A stretch of 64,000 nucleotides of DNA. It comes from Octopus vulgaris. Lineage: Eukaryota. The stretch spans positions 161,572,001 to 161,636,000 of the forward strand of contig OX597816.1 in NCBI GenBank assembly GCA_951406725.2, given 5' to 3'. Shown here in pieces: positions 13,538 through 26,872 of this stretch. The translations under genes were made by a program, and so were the position numbers. Numbering within the stretch: position 1 is the first letter of the stretch; each line of letters begins with the position of its first letter. A model generated the notes under the pieces. That model did no database searches and was not told the origin of the DNA. It saw nothing but the letters and a program-made list of their open reading frames with translations.

Positions 13538-13849
13538 ATTTAGACAATTTTTAATCGGATGCTGGTGTCATGAAGAAGTACCCAGTACACTCTGTAAAGT
13601 GACTGGTGCTACAAAGGGCATCTAACTGAAGAAACCCTGCCAGAGCAGACATTGGTGCATGATGCAGTCCCCTGTCTCCTCAGATCCTGTCAGAGCATCC
13701 AACACCTGCACAGCATGGAAGCTGAATGTTAAATGAGGATCATGTTAAGAATTAATATTATTTCTTTGGCCAAAAGTCGCTGAGATCGACTTTGCCTTTC
13801 ATCCTTTTGGGGTCGATAAATTAAGTACCAGTTGTGTACTGGGGTCGAT

Positions 13850-14016
13850 CTAACTGACTTATTCTTTGTAAGTCCAGCACCTATTCCATCGGCCTCATTT
13901 GCAGAATGCCAAGTTATGGGGATGCAAACACACCTAAATCGGTTGTCTAGCGATGGTGGGGAGAGACAAACAGACACACAAACACATACATACACATACA
14001 CACACACACACAGACA

Positions 14017-14050
<34 letters not shown>

Positions 14051-14207
14051 TGACAGGCTTCTTTCAGTTTCCATCTACAAAATCTATTCACAAGGCTTTG
14101 GTCAGCCTGAGGCTATAGTAGAAGACATTTGCTCGAGGTGCCACACAGTGGGACTGAACCCGGGACCATGTGGTTGGTAAGCAAGCTACATACCACACAC
14201 CAACTCC
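13850..14207 (-). mobile_element. Family B SINE with internal (CA)n
   Basis: Reverse complement of the 28978-29384 consensus. Confidence 0.8.
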
Positions 14208-14647
14208 TTTTTACTTATAAATATGAACTTGAAATATTTTGCAAGGTGACTATATGTTCAATGTCTACAACTTACAGAATTAACTCATAGGCATAACTTA
14301 GTAGATAGCAATGGTTTATTGGTTATTAGTTGACCTGTTAAGATCAACTTTACTTTTCATCTTTCTGGAGTTGATAAAATAAATACCAGTCAAATATCAT
14401 ATTCGATTTGATCAACTGGCTTATCCCTCCCTTTCCACCAAATTTCTGGCCGTGTACCAATGTAAAAAGATATTTTTAGTTGAAACTGCTCACCTCATTG
14501 ACAATGGTTTAATGATTTCAAATCAACACAGAATCATAGTTTTTCTGAATTAAGTCTTGTTGGAGAAGGAAGTTGTGAATACATAAAAATACTACTTAAT
14601 TTAAAAAAATTGAAAATACTGACAATATAGATAACATTTCAAATACT

Positions 14648-14939
14648 ATTATTATATGTTTGACTTTTGCTTTGTATTTGTTCAAGTTGACTCCAAGTCT
14701 CACCCAGAGACCTCAAGAGACAACAAGTTAGAAGTTCATGTTGGTGCTATGCCAAGGGTGCCATATATTTGGTTTTGCACATAGTATTGTTCTAGAGAAT
14801 GTTTAAGAAAACATAAGAAAGTTACGAGTTTGTTTTAAAATTTGAGATTGCATAGACAGTATTTTACATAGGATATACATACCATTTTGGGGTTTCCTGA
14901 TGTCTGAGTTAGGTAGGAATCAGCCCCTTTTGCTGCTAT

Positions 14940-14940
<1 letters not shown>
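14648..14940 (-). mobile_element. 3' end of R4/Dong-like LINE
   Basis: Minus strand encodes IAAKGADSYLTQTSGNPKM..ILCKILSM, resembling the RLE-clade C-terminus; 3' UTR contains GAGGTCTCTGGGTGAGAC; flanked by (ACT)n and ATT repeats. Confidence 0.55.
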
Positions 14941-14989
<49 letters not shown>

Positions 14990-14998
14990 TTTTATATA

Positions 14999-15180
14999 GT
15001 GGCACGTAAAAAGCAGCCACTACACTCACAGAGTGGTTGGCGTTAGGAAGGGCATCCAGCCATAGAAACACTGCCAAATCTGACTGGGCCTGATGAAGCC
15101 TTCCGGCTTCACAGACCCCAGTTAAACCGTCCAACCCATGCTAGCATGGAAAACGGACGCTAAATGATGATGATGATGAT
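14999..15180 (+). mobile_element. Family C retroposon
   Basis: GTGGCACGTAAAAGCA..GAGTGGTTGGCGTTAGGAAGGGCATCCAGC..(GAT)n tail. Confidence 0.85.
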
Positions 15181-15869
15181 ATATATGTAATAGAGAAAGA
15201 TAGTCGAATAGACATCAAAATACTCTAAGAGCGTTGGTGCTCAATTATATTTCCTTTGGTTTACCTAAAGATTCTTTACATAAGGTAAGATCTATAGAAT
15301 TACAAATTGATTCGTAAATAAGTGTGTATACTAACAGACTGGATCACAGTCTGTAGAAAAGATTTCTGACATGTTGCCTCGTATCAGAAATAAATAAAAT
15401 CTTACTTTTGTATTAAAGTCAAAAGCTTTTGGGTTTCAAATTGTTTCCAAAATGTCTCACTTTTGTCTTCTCTTCCATTAGCGTTCATGAAGAAAAAGAA
15501 AAACACAAAGAATGAAAAGCAGGAATACATGTGTGTGATCGTGTATATGTTTGTTATATGCAAACATACTTATATATCTGTGTTTGAAAGAAAAATTATG
15601 ATTTCTTGATTACCTTGTTCTGTTCTATATTTACTTTATAATTTAGTACACTTATCTTCTCCTTGTGCATGTATGACAGACTATTTAATCTGAGATTATT
15701 TGTTGAAACTAAAACTGGCTGCAGGTACAGACGTGGCTGTGTGGTAAGAAGTTTGCTTCACAACCATATGGTTCTCGGTTCAGTCCCACTGGATGGCACT
15801 TTGGGCAAGTATCTTCTACAACAGCCTTGGGCTGTTAGAGAGAAACTGAAAGAAGCACACCATGTATAA

Positions 15870-15915
<46 letters not shown>

Positions 15916-16040
15916 TTAGGGATAATCACACATGTATTGAAATTTTTTCTGATTTTTCAGATTTTTTAGATATGCTAGGCTACTGGTTTTAAATTGATAT
16001 TAATTAAATTAATATTCAATTTATCTCCCTCATTATTGAA

Positions 16041-16080
<40 letters not shown>

Positions 16081-16152
16081 GTATATATAAATGTATACAT
16101 ATATATAAATGTATATATAAATGTATACATATATATATATATATATAAACGT

Positions 16153-16209
<57 letters not shown>

Positions 16210-16266
16210 TATTGTAGAATACCATGAATAGCCTTTGGCTATTGTTAGACGGAAACTGAAAGAAGT

Positions 16267-16329
<63 letters not shown>

Positions 16330-16893
16330 TTGTCTCCCACCATCTGGGAATCAATTCATTGAGATAAAAATTTCTCAAGGTGGTTCCCCTGTATGGCTGG
16401 AGTCTAATGACTGAAAAAAGTAAAAGTAAAAGATAAGATAGTCTATTATGGTAGAGTCATATCAGCCATTTAAAATACTGAAACGTACCCACACCCACAC
16501 ACACACTGTTATTTCCTCTTCAGTTTCATTGTTATTTTATCATAATTGTTTCAAACTTTGATCCAAGGCCAGAAATTTTAGTAGGAGGTTGGGGATGGGT
16601 AGTTGATTACGTTAATCTTAATATCTCTCAGGTACTTTATTGTATCTACACTGAAAGGATGAAAGGTGAAGTTGAATGCAAAGAGCTGGACAGATGCTGC
16701 TAAGCATTTTATCCAACACACGAGTGATTTTACTAGCTCATTGCCTCATTTTGTAATAATAATACTAGTATCAAAAAAATCTTTAATTGAACATTGATTA
16801 ATCTACTGTATTTTGTTTCTTTCTTTAATGATTTCTTAACTCTTGATGAAGTCGTAGGAACATAGTTGTAGCTTAGTCTGAGTATTTTAATCT

Positions 16894-17297
16894 GATGAGG
16901 TTCATTCTTCTCCAGGTCTGATATATCTGTTTGAAGTCCATTGCTGGCCAGTTCTTATTTTGGGTCCTGATTGTAACAAACATTATCTCTTTGCAGTTTA
17001 CATTTTATGCAATGTGCACATGCTTGTAACCTTATATATATATGTGTGTGTGTGAGCTATTTTCACCAAAACATTGGCCAGGATTAGCTAAGACTTATAT
17101 ATCATTTGGTTTCCATTGTTAAGTTTATTGAAGATTATTTTGAATATTAGGGTCCTGACTTCAAATTCCCTTCCAATATGGTTAGCCAGAATACCACTGA
17201 GTATCTGAAAAAGATTTAAACCACACTTAATGTGAAAACTTGTGAATGCCTTTCTATGCCCCTGAAGTTCAAATGCAACTAATTCCAGATGAAGCTG
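16894..17297 (+). pseudogene. Possible highly decayed Ran-like small GTPase retropseudogene
   Basis: Collinear frameshifted motifs EVH (16897), FEV..AGQ (16943), VCE, YFE, PF..WLAR (17179), MPFYAPEVQM (17246) and PDE resemble Ran EVH, FNVWDTAGQ, VCE, YYD, PFLWLAR, MPALAPPEV and PDE. Confidence 0.4.
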
Positions 17298-18202
17298 TTA
17301 ATAAAGAGTTATGTTGAAGACAAAGAAAATCCTGTTGAAAACCATGCAAAGGATTGTATAGAATGAAGAATTAACTGGTAGCTAAGATGAAGATAGAATT
17401 TTTCTGCTTTTAAGAGATTTTTGCAAATTTTTCTATATAGTCTTATTTTTTAAACTTATTTTTGTTTAAATTCTATGATAATTCATATATATATATAAAA
17501 CATAAACTATCAACTAAAACAGAAAGTTAGGATCAGAGCTTATAGCACAATGTGAACATTATGAGAATGACATAATTTTATGTATTATATATACTTTAAC
17601 AATTTCAAAGTTTTTAGAAAATATCCATTTCAGAAGTATTAAAGATGTGATACTGAGATAAAAGCAATATCTTAATGATAATTGCCATCATTACCACCAT
17701 CATCATAACTGTCAACACCACTGCCATTATCATCATCATTGTCATCATCATCATCATTACCACCCACTCCCACAGCTACCATTTAACGCTTGATTTGAAT
17801 GCTGGCATGGAAAGTATGGGTGTGTCTGTCATTCAGCATATTTTCATTCATCTTGATCCTGAGTCATATACAAAAATATTGCTATCATCTGATTTTATAA
17901 TGAAATAAGATTTGCTATGAAGTAATATAGCCATGTGTACTGATTTCTTTGAAATAAATAGAACAATGAATAATAGGGTTACACCTTATTTTCATAAATT
18001 TAATAATCAACATACTAGAAGATGTTTCTCTGAATGCAAATATTGCTGTTTTGCTGTAATATGTAAAGTGGGGGGAAAAAGGAAGAAAACAAACATACAA
18101 ATCTTGATAAAAATCTTATCATATTCACAAATGAGAAATATGACATGTGACAATCAATGAATGCTTGAGCTTTAAATTTAGCTCTTGCCAAGAGATAAAG
18201 CT

Positions 18203-18235
<33 letters not shown>

Positions 18236-18579
18236 TGTCATCATTATCATTATCATCATCTTCATCATCACTGTTGCCATCACCATCATCACTTGCTACC
18301 ACTACCACCATCACCACCATCACTGCTACCACCACCACCACCACCACCACCACAACCATTTTAATGTCTACTTTCCCATGCTTGCATGAGTCAAATGGAA
18401 TTCGTTGAGGCAAGATTTCTATGGCTGGATACCCTTCCTGTTGCCAACCCTCACCTGTTTCCATGTAAAGTAATACTCCCCTTGGCTGGACATGTTTATT
18501 TTGGAAGACTGGAAGTGAATGACACCATCCAATCGTGGTTGACATAAAAACACCATCCAATCATGGTCGATACCAGCTA

Positions 18580-18792
18580 CTCTGGCCCCTGTGCCAGTGG
18601 CACGTAAAAAGCACCCACTACACTCTCAGAGTGGTTGGCATTAAGAAAGGCATCCGGCTGTAGAAACACTGCCAGATCAGACTGGGGCTTGGTGCAGCCT
18701 CCTGGCTTCCCAGACTCCAGTCAAACCGTCCAACCCATGCCAACATGGAAAACGGATGTTAAACGTTGATGATGATGATGATGATGATGATA
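18580..18792 (+). mobile_element. Family C retroposon
   Basis: Near-consensus copy with (GAT)n tail; an opposite-orientation relative lies at 18360-18530. Confidence 0.8.
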
Positions 18793-19317
18793 ATGAGGGT
18801 TATGAGTGAACAGAACATGACTGATTATGTGCCAATTTCATTATGTAAGATAACTAGGAAAGCATGGAGTAGACGATGTTATAGTTTCTCTCTTAAAATA
18901 TAATGAGTGTATTTTCCAGCTGACATCTTGCTCCCTCTTTCATAAAGTCTCTAATTGACTAATCGACTGGCCCCTTCCCCCCAAAATTTTGGGCCTTGTG
19001 CCTAGAGTAGAGAAAGAATTTCATTATTTAAGCCATTCCCTTTTTTATTAATTTCCATAAAAATTTTAACATAGGAGACATTAGTCCACATAAATATCTA
19101 AGAGGCACATGATAAATGGGATGGCAGATAAAGGAAAATATGAACATTAATCACTGTGCAAAATTAGCTTGTAATGGATTAAAATAATCTGCCGTTTTAT
19201 TTTTATTTTTTATGCTTTCAAAATATGGGGTGGAGACATTTTTAAATTGCTATTTGGGGAGGGAAAAGAGGGCACTGAGCTACAGTAGTTGAGAACTCCT
19301 GCTAATATAGTTACTAG

Positions 19318-19955
19318 CATGGCTGTGTGGTAAAAAGTCTGCATCGCAACCACATGGTTTTGGGTTCAGTCCCATTGCATGGCATCTTAGGCAAGTGTCT
19401 CCTTGGGCTGCCCAAACCCCTGTGAGTGGATTTCGTAGACATAATCTGGAAGCTGGTCATGTATATATATTACGTGTGTACGTGTGTGTGTGTGTGTGTG
19501 TGTGTGCGTGTGTGTGTGTGCATGCGCGTGTGTGTGTGTGCATGCGTGTGTGTGTGTGTGTGCGTGTGTGCATGTGTGTGTGTATATTTGTCCCCAACAC
19601 TACTTGAGAACTGGTGTAGGTATGTTTATATCCCCATAACTTAGTGGTTTGGTAAAAAAGACTGATAGAATAAGTAACACACTTCATCATCATCATCATC
19701 ATTTAATGTACGCATTCCATGCTGGCATGGGTTGGACTGTTTGAGGTCTGGAGAGCCAGCAGCTGCACCAAGTTCTAATCTGATCTGGCAATGTTTCTAA
19801 AGCTGGATGTCCTTCCTTACACCAACCACTCTGAGAATGTAGTGGGTGCTTTTTGTGTATGACCAGCACAGGAGCCAGTCAGGCAAAAAATAATATCAAG
19901 AACTGGGGTCAATTCAGTCAACTAAAAATTCTTTGTGGCAGTGTCCCAGCATGGC
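19318..19955 (+). mobile_element. Family B SINE interrupted by a reverse family C copy (19686-19883)
   Basis: B head at 19318, B body to ~19680; B 3' part resumes at ~19900 (ACTGGGGTCAATT...CCCAGCATGGCTGC). Confidence 0.7.
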
Positions 19956-19957
19956 TG

Positions 19958-20227
19958 CTGGACTGGCTCCTGGGCAGGTGGCACGTAAAAAAACACCATT
20001 TGAGTGTGGCCATTGCCAGTACTGCCTGACTGGCCCTCGTTCTGGTGGCATGTAAAAGCAACCACTACAGTCTTGGAGTGGTTGGCGTTAGGAAGGGCAT
20101 CCAGCTGTAGAAACTCTCCAGATCAAGATTGGAGCCTGGCGCAGCCATCTGGTTCGCCAGTCCTCAGTCAAATCGTCCAACCCATGCTAGCATGGAAAGT
20201 GGATGTTAAGCGATGATGATGATGATG
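19958..20227 (+). mobile_element. Family C retroposon, well preserved
   Basis: Head units plus GGAGTGGTTGGCGTTAGGAAGGGCATCCAGCTGTAG and (GAT)n tail. Confidence 0.85.
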
Positions 20228-21959
20228 TTGATGCGTGTGTGTGTGTATATATATATGTGTGTATATATATTTATGTATATGTATATATGCATATATGTAT
20301 GTGCACACATACACACACATAGAAATATGCACACATATATTTGCTAGCAGAGACTTTAATATCTTGGGAACTTTGATGTGTTTCTACTATACATCATTCT
20401 TACACTGGTAGTAGAGAAACATTCCAAATAGAATTGCCTGGAATTGTAGAAGAATTAGAGCAAGATATCTTAAGAAATGTTTCTGTCAATCATTTTATTC
20501 AGCTGTTATAATATTTATGGTTTATCAATTAAGAAAAAAAAAAAAGAAAGAAAATATAAAAAAATTACACTTATTTGGTGGTATCATAGAATGGTCACAT
20601 CTCACTGGATATAACCAATAAAAGACTTTCTCCTTAGTTTAGAAACCTAAGTTCAATCAAGTTATTTAATTTGTCTTTTAGATTTATTTTATAGACACAT
20701 AGTGGTGTGACTATTGAGTGTTTGAAGTTGTGTGTGTGTGTGTATTAATATGCATTTGTAGCTCTGAATGTATCGCCTTATTTTTCATGTGCATCCATGC
20801 ATTCATATAATAGTATTTACATGAAATTTTTTTTCTGAATATCCACAAATATTCTTATATTTAGTATGTGGATGTGCATGTGTGTGTGTTAACACAGCCT
20901 ATCTTAAATACTGTACTCGGTATGATTACTAGAATATGCAGTTTTGTCTATAGAGATTTATCATTTTTCTTTTCATCAAATAACTTTTCAAAAAGAAACA
21001 CCCTTCATTTAGTTAATTACCAATTAATTATCTTGATCAAGAAATTATTTATTATTTCAAGATTTTAATTTGCCCTATGGTTACACAACCTGATTGCTAC
21101 TCCTGTACATGTGACCATATAAATACTAACATTCGTTGGTTGTTAAGTACTGATAGTATAACAGACTTTATTATTTCCTTGTTCAGATAACATTAAACAT
21201 TTAATTAACAATTATATAACTCCAGATGCAGTATTAATACCAAACTAATTTCTTTCTCCATATAAAAGTGGATGTTGTTAGAACACAAAATACTGCAATC
21301 TCTCATATAGGCTTTTTGGTGCCTATGAGCACTCTTGTTTATATCGCTAGTGGGAGATAGATTTATCTCCATTGCCACTGCTGGCACTTCCAGATCATAT
21401 GATTTTGGTTTTCCTTGGCCTTGTCATTGCTAGATGCCCGACTGCTGCAAATAACAGTGATATCTCTGCTTGCAATATTCATAGAATCTCAGTGCCTAAT
21501 CAGGCACTGATGTTGCAAATACCCAGCAGGGTTACTAAGAAATATTTTAATGATGGTGAGAGTTGGTTTTGGGGAGAAAATTCTGCTTCCCTCAAGAGAA
21601 TTCAAGATGGTTTCATATTTCTTAATCACCTGTGTGAGAAATGCATAGATTAGACAAGAGAAAGGCTGTGCCTATAACCTTTAGAAACCCCCAAAGACCT
21701 GTAAGACTGAGTTGATTTATATTCAGCTTGAAATGTATCTGAAAGTTGTCAACTGCAGGAAAAAATGCATAAGAGAGAATTTAGTGTAAGGAAGAAACAG
21801 AGATAGAGAGATAAATAGAAAGAGAAGAGATAGGAAGGCAAAAACAAAGAAGGAAGAATATATGTATTCTTGTGCACCTGTGTGTGTATGTGTGTGAACT
21901 AGGTTTTCTTTTTGTTGTTTCATTGGTGGATGTAATGAAAGACATCTGACTGTTACATG

Positions 21960-22310
21960 ACCTTTCAGGAGGTGGTCAAACTACTTGACCATCAGATGAC
22001 CTCTTAAGAAGTGAGGAAATATGCTTGATCTCTGGTGATTGAAGGATAACAACTTGGTGATGAAACAATTAAAGGTTACAGTTCTGAGGAAGAATGATTG
22101 AGCTAGTGTTTAGTGTGGGGAGCAATGGCTGAGGCAAGATATTGTAGATATGACAAGGACAGACTGGCCAGTTGAGTGGTAGTAATTGTAGTGGTGTTGC
22201 TTTCTGATTGAGCGACGCAGTCACTGTTGTAGTAGCTGTGTAAAAGACAAAGGAAAGTTCTAGATATTTTTGAGCGAGGGCTTGTAGTGCATTGGTGTGT
22301 GCTTATCAAT
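21960..22310 (-). mobile_element. Old CR1/jockey-like LINE 3' relic
   Basis: Minus-strand peptide FLCLLHSYYNSDC resembles the LSLFYRYYxGxC motif at the end of such ORF2s; weak. Confidence 0.3.
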
Positions 22311-22721
22311 CTGCCTTGGGATAATTTTGTGATGTTACCCTGGGTTACTCATGTGAATGTGTATGCATATGTACATACATAGATACACACGAAAGAGAAT
22401 TTGAAAATGCATAGGTCTTTTAAAGATGTTTATTGATTTCACTGGTTTCACTTTAAAAAAAAAGATTTTCAAAAGTAAAGTGCGAGGTTTTGTTTAGCCT
22501 TTGTGGTGTTAAAATTAGTTAACATAGTTGTATTAAAATACAGTTATACAGTCTCTGATAATGATAAGAATATGTTAAGAAACAGCTTACATAAAAGTGT
22601 TCAAAATAGGCAGTAAAATAAGTTCATAATTGTTTATAAGGATTTCAGAGGAATGACCAACCTTTTTTCTTCATTGCTAGTCTTATATTTATCTGTCTGT
22701 CTATCTAAATATCTATATCTA

Positions 22722-22782
<61 letters not shown>

Positions 22783-22859
22783 TTGTATGTATAAGAGAAA
22801 ATAAACAGAGAAAGAATAAAAAAGCTTGTGGGTTTAGCGATCAAGCATGGTGACTGTAA

Positions 22860-23142
22860 TTTCAAATTGTACCTGTAATTTCAAAGGACCAGTCTTGTCA
22901 TATCCTGTATCACTGAATCTCTCTCAGAACAATTTTAAGGATACGCATGTCTGTGGAGTGCTCAGCCCCTTTCACATTCATGTTACAATCACAAGGGTTC
23001 CAGTTGATCCAATCAATGGCACTGCCTGTTTGTGACATTAATGTGCAGGTGTCTTGCTCAGGGACACAATGCGTCGCTGGGAATTGAACTCACAACTTTA
23101 CGATCATGAGTCAAATACCCAAACCACTAAGCCATACACCTT
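22860..23142 (-). mobile_element. Rearranged family D SINE
   Basis: 22990-23142 matches 7900-8216 in the same orientation with a middle deletion; 22860-22990 is the missing middle in the opposite orientation. Confidence 0.65.
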
Positions 23143-23316
23143 CATATATGTATGTATGTGTGTTTAGTTTTTTTTTTTATATATATATATATATACACAC
23201 ACACACATCCACACACATACCTCATATAAGTGTGTGGGTGTGCAATTGTACTCATCAACTTATTGAAAATGATTCATAATGAGTGCATGTTTTAATATAT
23301 GTATATAATACATGCA

Positions 23317-23379
<63 letters not shown>

Positions 23380-23917
23380 GTAACACATATATATAATACA
23401 TTATATATATATATCTATATATAATACATTATATATATATACATATATATATGATACATTATATATGCACACACACACACACATTAGTTGAGTGTAAATG
23501 ATAATTCTGTGAATTTTCCTGAAATATTGGCAGTGAGAGCAATTATGAGATTCTGTTGTGGAAGAATATTTAGCAGTTCCTTATCAGAATTGGATTAAAT
23601 GTAAATAATTTCAAAAGTGAGTCATCCTGGCAATATAATGGAATATTGGTGTTTCAGTTCTTTCAGATGGAGCTGAATTCCTGCATATATAGCTGCCAGT
23701 AGGATGACTTGTCAGAAATACCCCATCCCTCCTCTATTTGTCACCATTTTCCTTCCATAGTTTTTTTTTTTTTTTTTTTTCATATTTTCTACTTTCACTT
23801 TCTCTTGAATATTTTCCTACCATTGCTATGTACATTATTTCCTTTATTTGCAAAACCCCTCCCTACATTTTGCTTAATACACTCCTATTCAACAATACAG
23901 TATTATTTTCTGAAATA

Positions 23918-23980
<63 letters not shown>

Positions 23981-24409
23981 ATATAATATAATATATAAAT
24001 ATAATAAATAAATATATACAAAACCTTACCTTGATGTAATTTGTAATTCCACTGAATAGATTAGTTTTAGCTCTCCTTTGTTCAAAGTCACCGATTACTC
24101 ATAGCATTGACTCTATTTCAACAAGACTCGCACACAATTCATGAAGTTTGCCAGGTGGAGCTATGGACATTCCATCCAGCAGTTAACATCCAGGATACAA
24201 TATGGTGTGTGTTGGTGAAATATAAAGCCCATATTATTTGGTGGCTTCATGCACCTTTCAAAGAATGTTTTTATAGATATATTGAACAATTTCTATTTTT
24301 ATTTTTTTTAACTGTATTCTTCAAAGTACAGTATTCATAATCCAAAGTAGGTTTATTTATTTGTTTGTTGCATCCATTTGAAATACCATTTACATATAAG
24401 AAATGGTTA

Positions 24410-24615
24410 ACAGAATTGTTAGCACCCTAGGCAAAATGCTTAATGGAATTTCATGTCTTTACATTGTGATTTCAAATTCTACTGGGATTGACTTAGCCTT
24501 TCATCCTTTTGGGGACAATATAATAAGTAGCAGTTGAGTATTGGGGATGGGGTCGGTGTAATCAAATTACCCCCGCCCTAAAATTTGCTGGTCTTGTGCC
24601 AAAATTTGAAACCAA
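24410..24615 (+). mobile_element. Family A SINE
   Basis: GCCTTTCATCCTTTTGGGGAC core; CTTGTGCCAAAATTTGAAACC end. Confidence 0.75.
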
Positions 24616-24689
24616 TATAAGAAATCGTTAGAGATCCATTGGATGGAAAGTTTGGAAACTTTACCCTGAGAGCTGATGAATCAAGCCAA

Positions 24690-25066
24690 GCCAAGCTGGG
24701 GCACTGCCTTGAAGGGTTTCAAGTTGAACAAATCAACCCCAGGGCTTATTTTTTAAAGTCTGGCAATATTCTATTCATCTCTTTTCCTGAACTGCTGAGT
24801 TACTGAGGTGAAGTAGGGGCATAAGCAAGCCAATAGTGACTGTCAAACAGGGTAGGTGTAAGGGAAAACAAGCACAAAGATACACACACACACACACATA
24901 CATGGTTGGCTTCCACCATATTTCTGTTCACCAAATCCACTCACAAGACATTGGTCAGTCTGAGGCTATAGTAGACACTTGCTCAAGGTGCCACACTGTG
25001 GGACTGAACCTTAAACCACCACAGAATTTCAAAGTGAGCTTCTTAACCACACAGCAATGCTTCCTG
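24690..25066 (-). mobile_element. Family B SINE
   Basis: Reverse copy containing GAGGCTATAGTAGACACTTGCTCAAGGTGCC..GGGACTGAACC. Confidence 0.7.
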
Positions 25067-25772
25067 CTATGATAACAGCATTATAATTGCAACCCAGACA
25101 AACAATTGCTAAATAACAATAAAAACAATAATTGATGATTTATCGTTAGACAGTAGGATGTTTTTCTTTTCTATGTTGCATTGTCAAACCTTTTCTCATA
25201 AATTTGATTGAAGATTATTTTATTTTCTCTGCATTAGTCTTAGAAAAATACTATATTTCATCTTAATTTTTTGCCTAGACCAAGCATAGGAATGCTTGGA
25301 TCCATGACAACTCATATGAAGGCTCAAATTAACAGCCCACATGCATGTACACATACTTTTGTAACAGAAGTTTAATCCACAACATGAAAATTTCACAATA
25401 TATACTTTGTTTTGTCGAAAAGTCTTGTCAGAGGCTGAAGTAGTAGAACTGGCTTGTTGCACAAAACTACTTTAGCCCCTGATAGGACCTTTGGGCAAAC
25501 AAAGTATATGTTGTCAGATTTTCATGTTGTGGATTAAATTTCTGATACATCAAGTTATTTTATTCTAAGAAGCCTGGCCATGCTCCTTTAAAGTTGTTAA
25601 CACAAACGCAGACACACACACAGAATAATAATAAAGTACTAATTATGTTTTAAGTTATATTTCACTGCCTTTTCCTAAACAAATACAAGTAGTTCTCTTT
25701 GAAACATGCATCCCCTTCTCATATGTAAAAAATGCATACATACATACATACATGTGTGTGTGTGTGTGTGTA

Positions 25773-26641
25773 TAGGGTGCAATGGGTAAATTGTTGCATT
25801 TTATATATTTTAATTTTGTGCATGTACATTGTTTGTTTTTGATTTCTGTCGACTACATAGTATAGTAGGGTCAGTTGGGCACTGTCTGAGAAAAACAGTA
25901 CCATGATGACATTCACTTTGCCAGAAATTTGGAAACAACATGCTGTACTGCTTGGCATTTGTGCCAGAAACTCTAATAAGAACAGATGGTGAACACACAG
26001 AACAATTGTTGGCTTGCTGTGTCCCCAAAACATGTACCAAGAGTGATAAAAATCAAACATCCAATCATCATCATGGTGTTCACTAGTGATCACTAGTGAT
26101 GGTGACGTTATGACTCCATTTAGCTTCTCACACAGCCTCAGGCTCAACATGGAAGAGATAGTGCTGCCCTGGGTCAAGAGGATAGCTGCTAGAAGATCCT
26201 TATGTCTGGCAACAGGACTCTGCACCATGTCACACAAGTGGGAGAACCTAGTCATGGCTGTCAGACAATTTCTGTGACCACATCACCCCTAACATCTGAC
26301 CTCCTAGCTCCCTAAACTGCAACCCCCTTGATTATTATGTTGGATGCACAGTTGAGCGAGAGACCAACAAAACTCCATGTAACACCAAAGATGAACTGAA
26401 GGCAAGGGTTATGGCAGGATTCACCAACTTAAACAAGGAGACCATCCAGAAGAGTTGCAGGAGATTCTGAAGTCGTCTGGAGGCCATGGTTGAAGCCAAT
26501 GGTGATTTCATTAAATAAATTTACTCTTTAGTATTTCCAGATATTTTTGTGTTATTTTGGTAAATATATCTGTAAAAATGAAACGTCAGTGTTATTTTCA
26601 TTTTTGTGTAATTTAGACGACAGTTTATTCACTGCACCCTG
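25773..26641 (+). mobile_element. Internally deleted DD37D (maT-like) Tc1/mariner transposon relic
   Basis: Imperfect TIRs (Y)AGGGTGCA.TG..TAAA.TGT / ACAGTTTATTCACTGCACCCTG after a TA; 26201-26518 reads YVWQQDSAPCHT...I*PPSSLNCNPLDYY...RLEAMVEANGDFIK* with 37 residues between the 2nd and 3rd catalytic D and three in-frame stops. Confidence 0.88.
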
Positions 26642-26809
26642 TGTGTGTGTATATTAATGTTTATTTTTATATCCAGTTTCAGCTTGCTAGCCTTCATTTG
26701 ACACACGGACACACACACACACACACACTCACACACACATAAGGGGCAACTGAAGACTAGACAACAGTTATAAAATTTAATAACATCAGTGTTTTAACAT
26801 AGACGATAT

Positions 26810-26867
<58 letters not shown>

Positions 26868-26872
<5 letters not shown>

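Noticed and set aside
15088-15115. CTGATGA followed by a hairpin as another hammerhead
   Set aside because: No GAAA box or stem III; it is a mutated family C segment.
25719-26277. ORFs 25719-26255 (-) and 26086-26277 (+) as host genes
   Set aside because: They are antisense or frameshifted pieces of the DD37D transposase relic.
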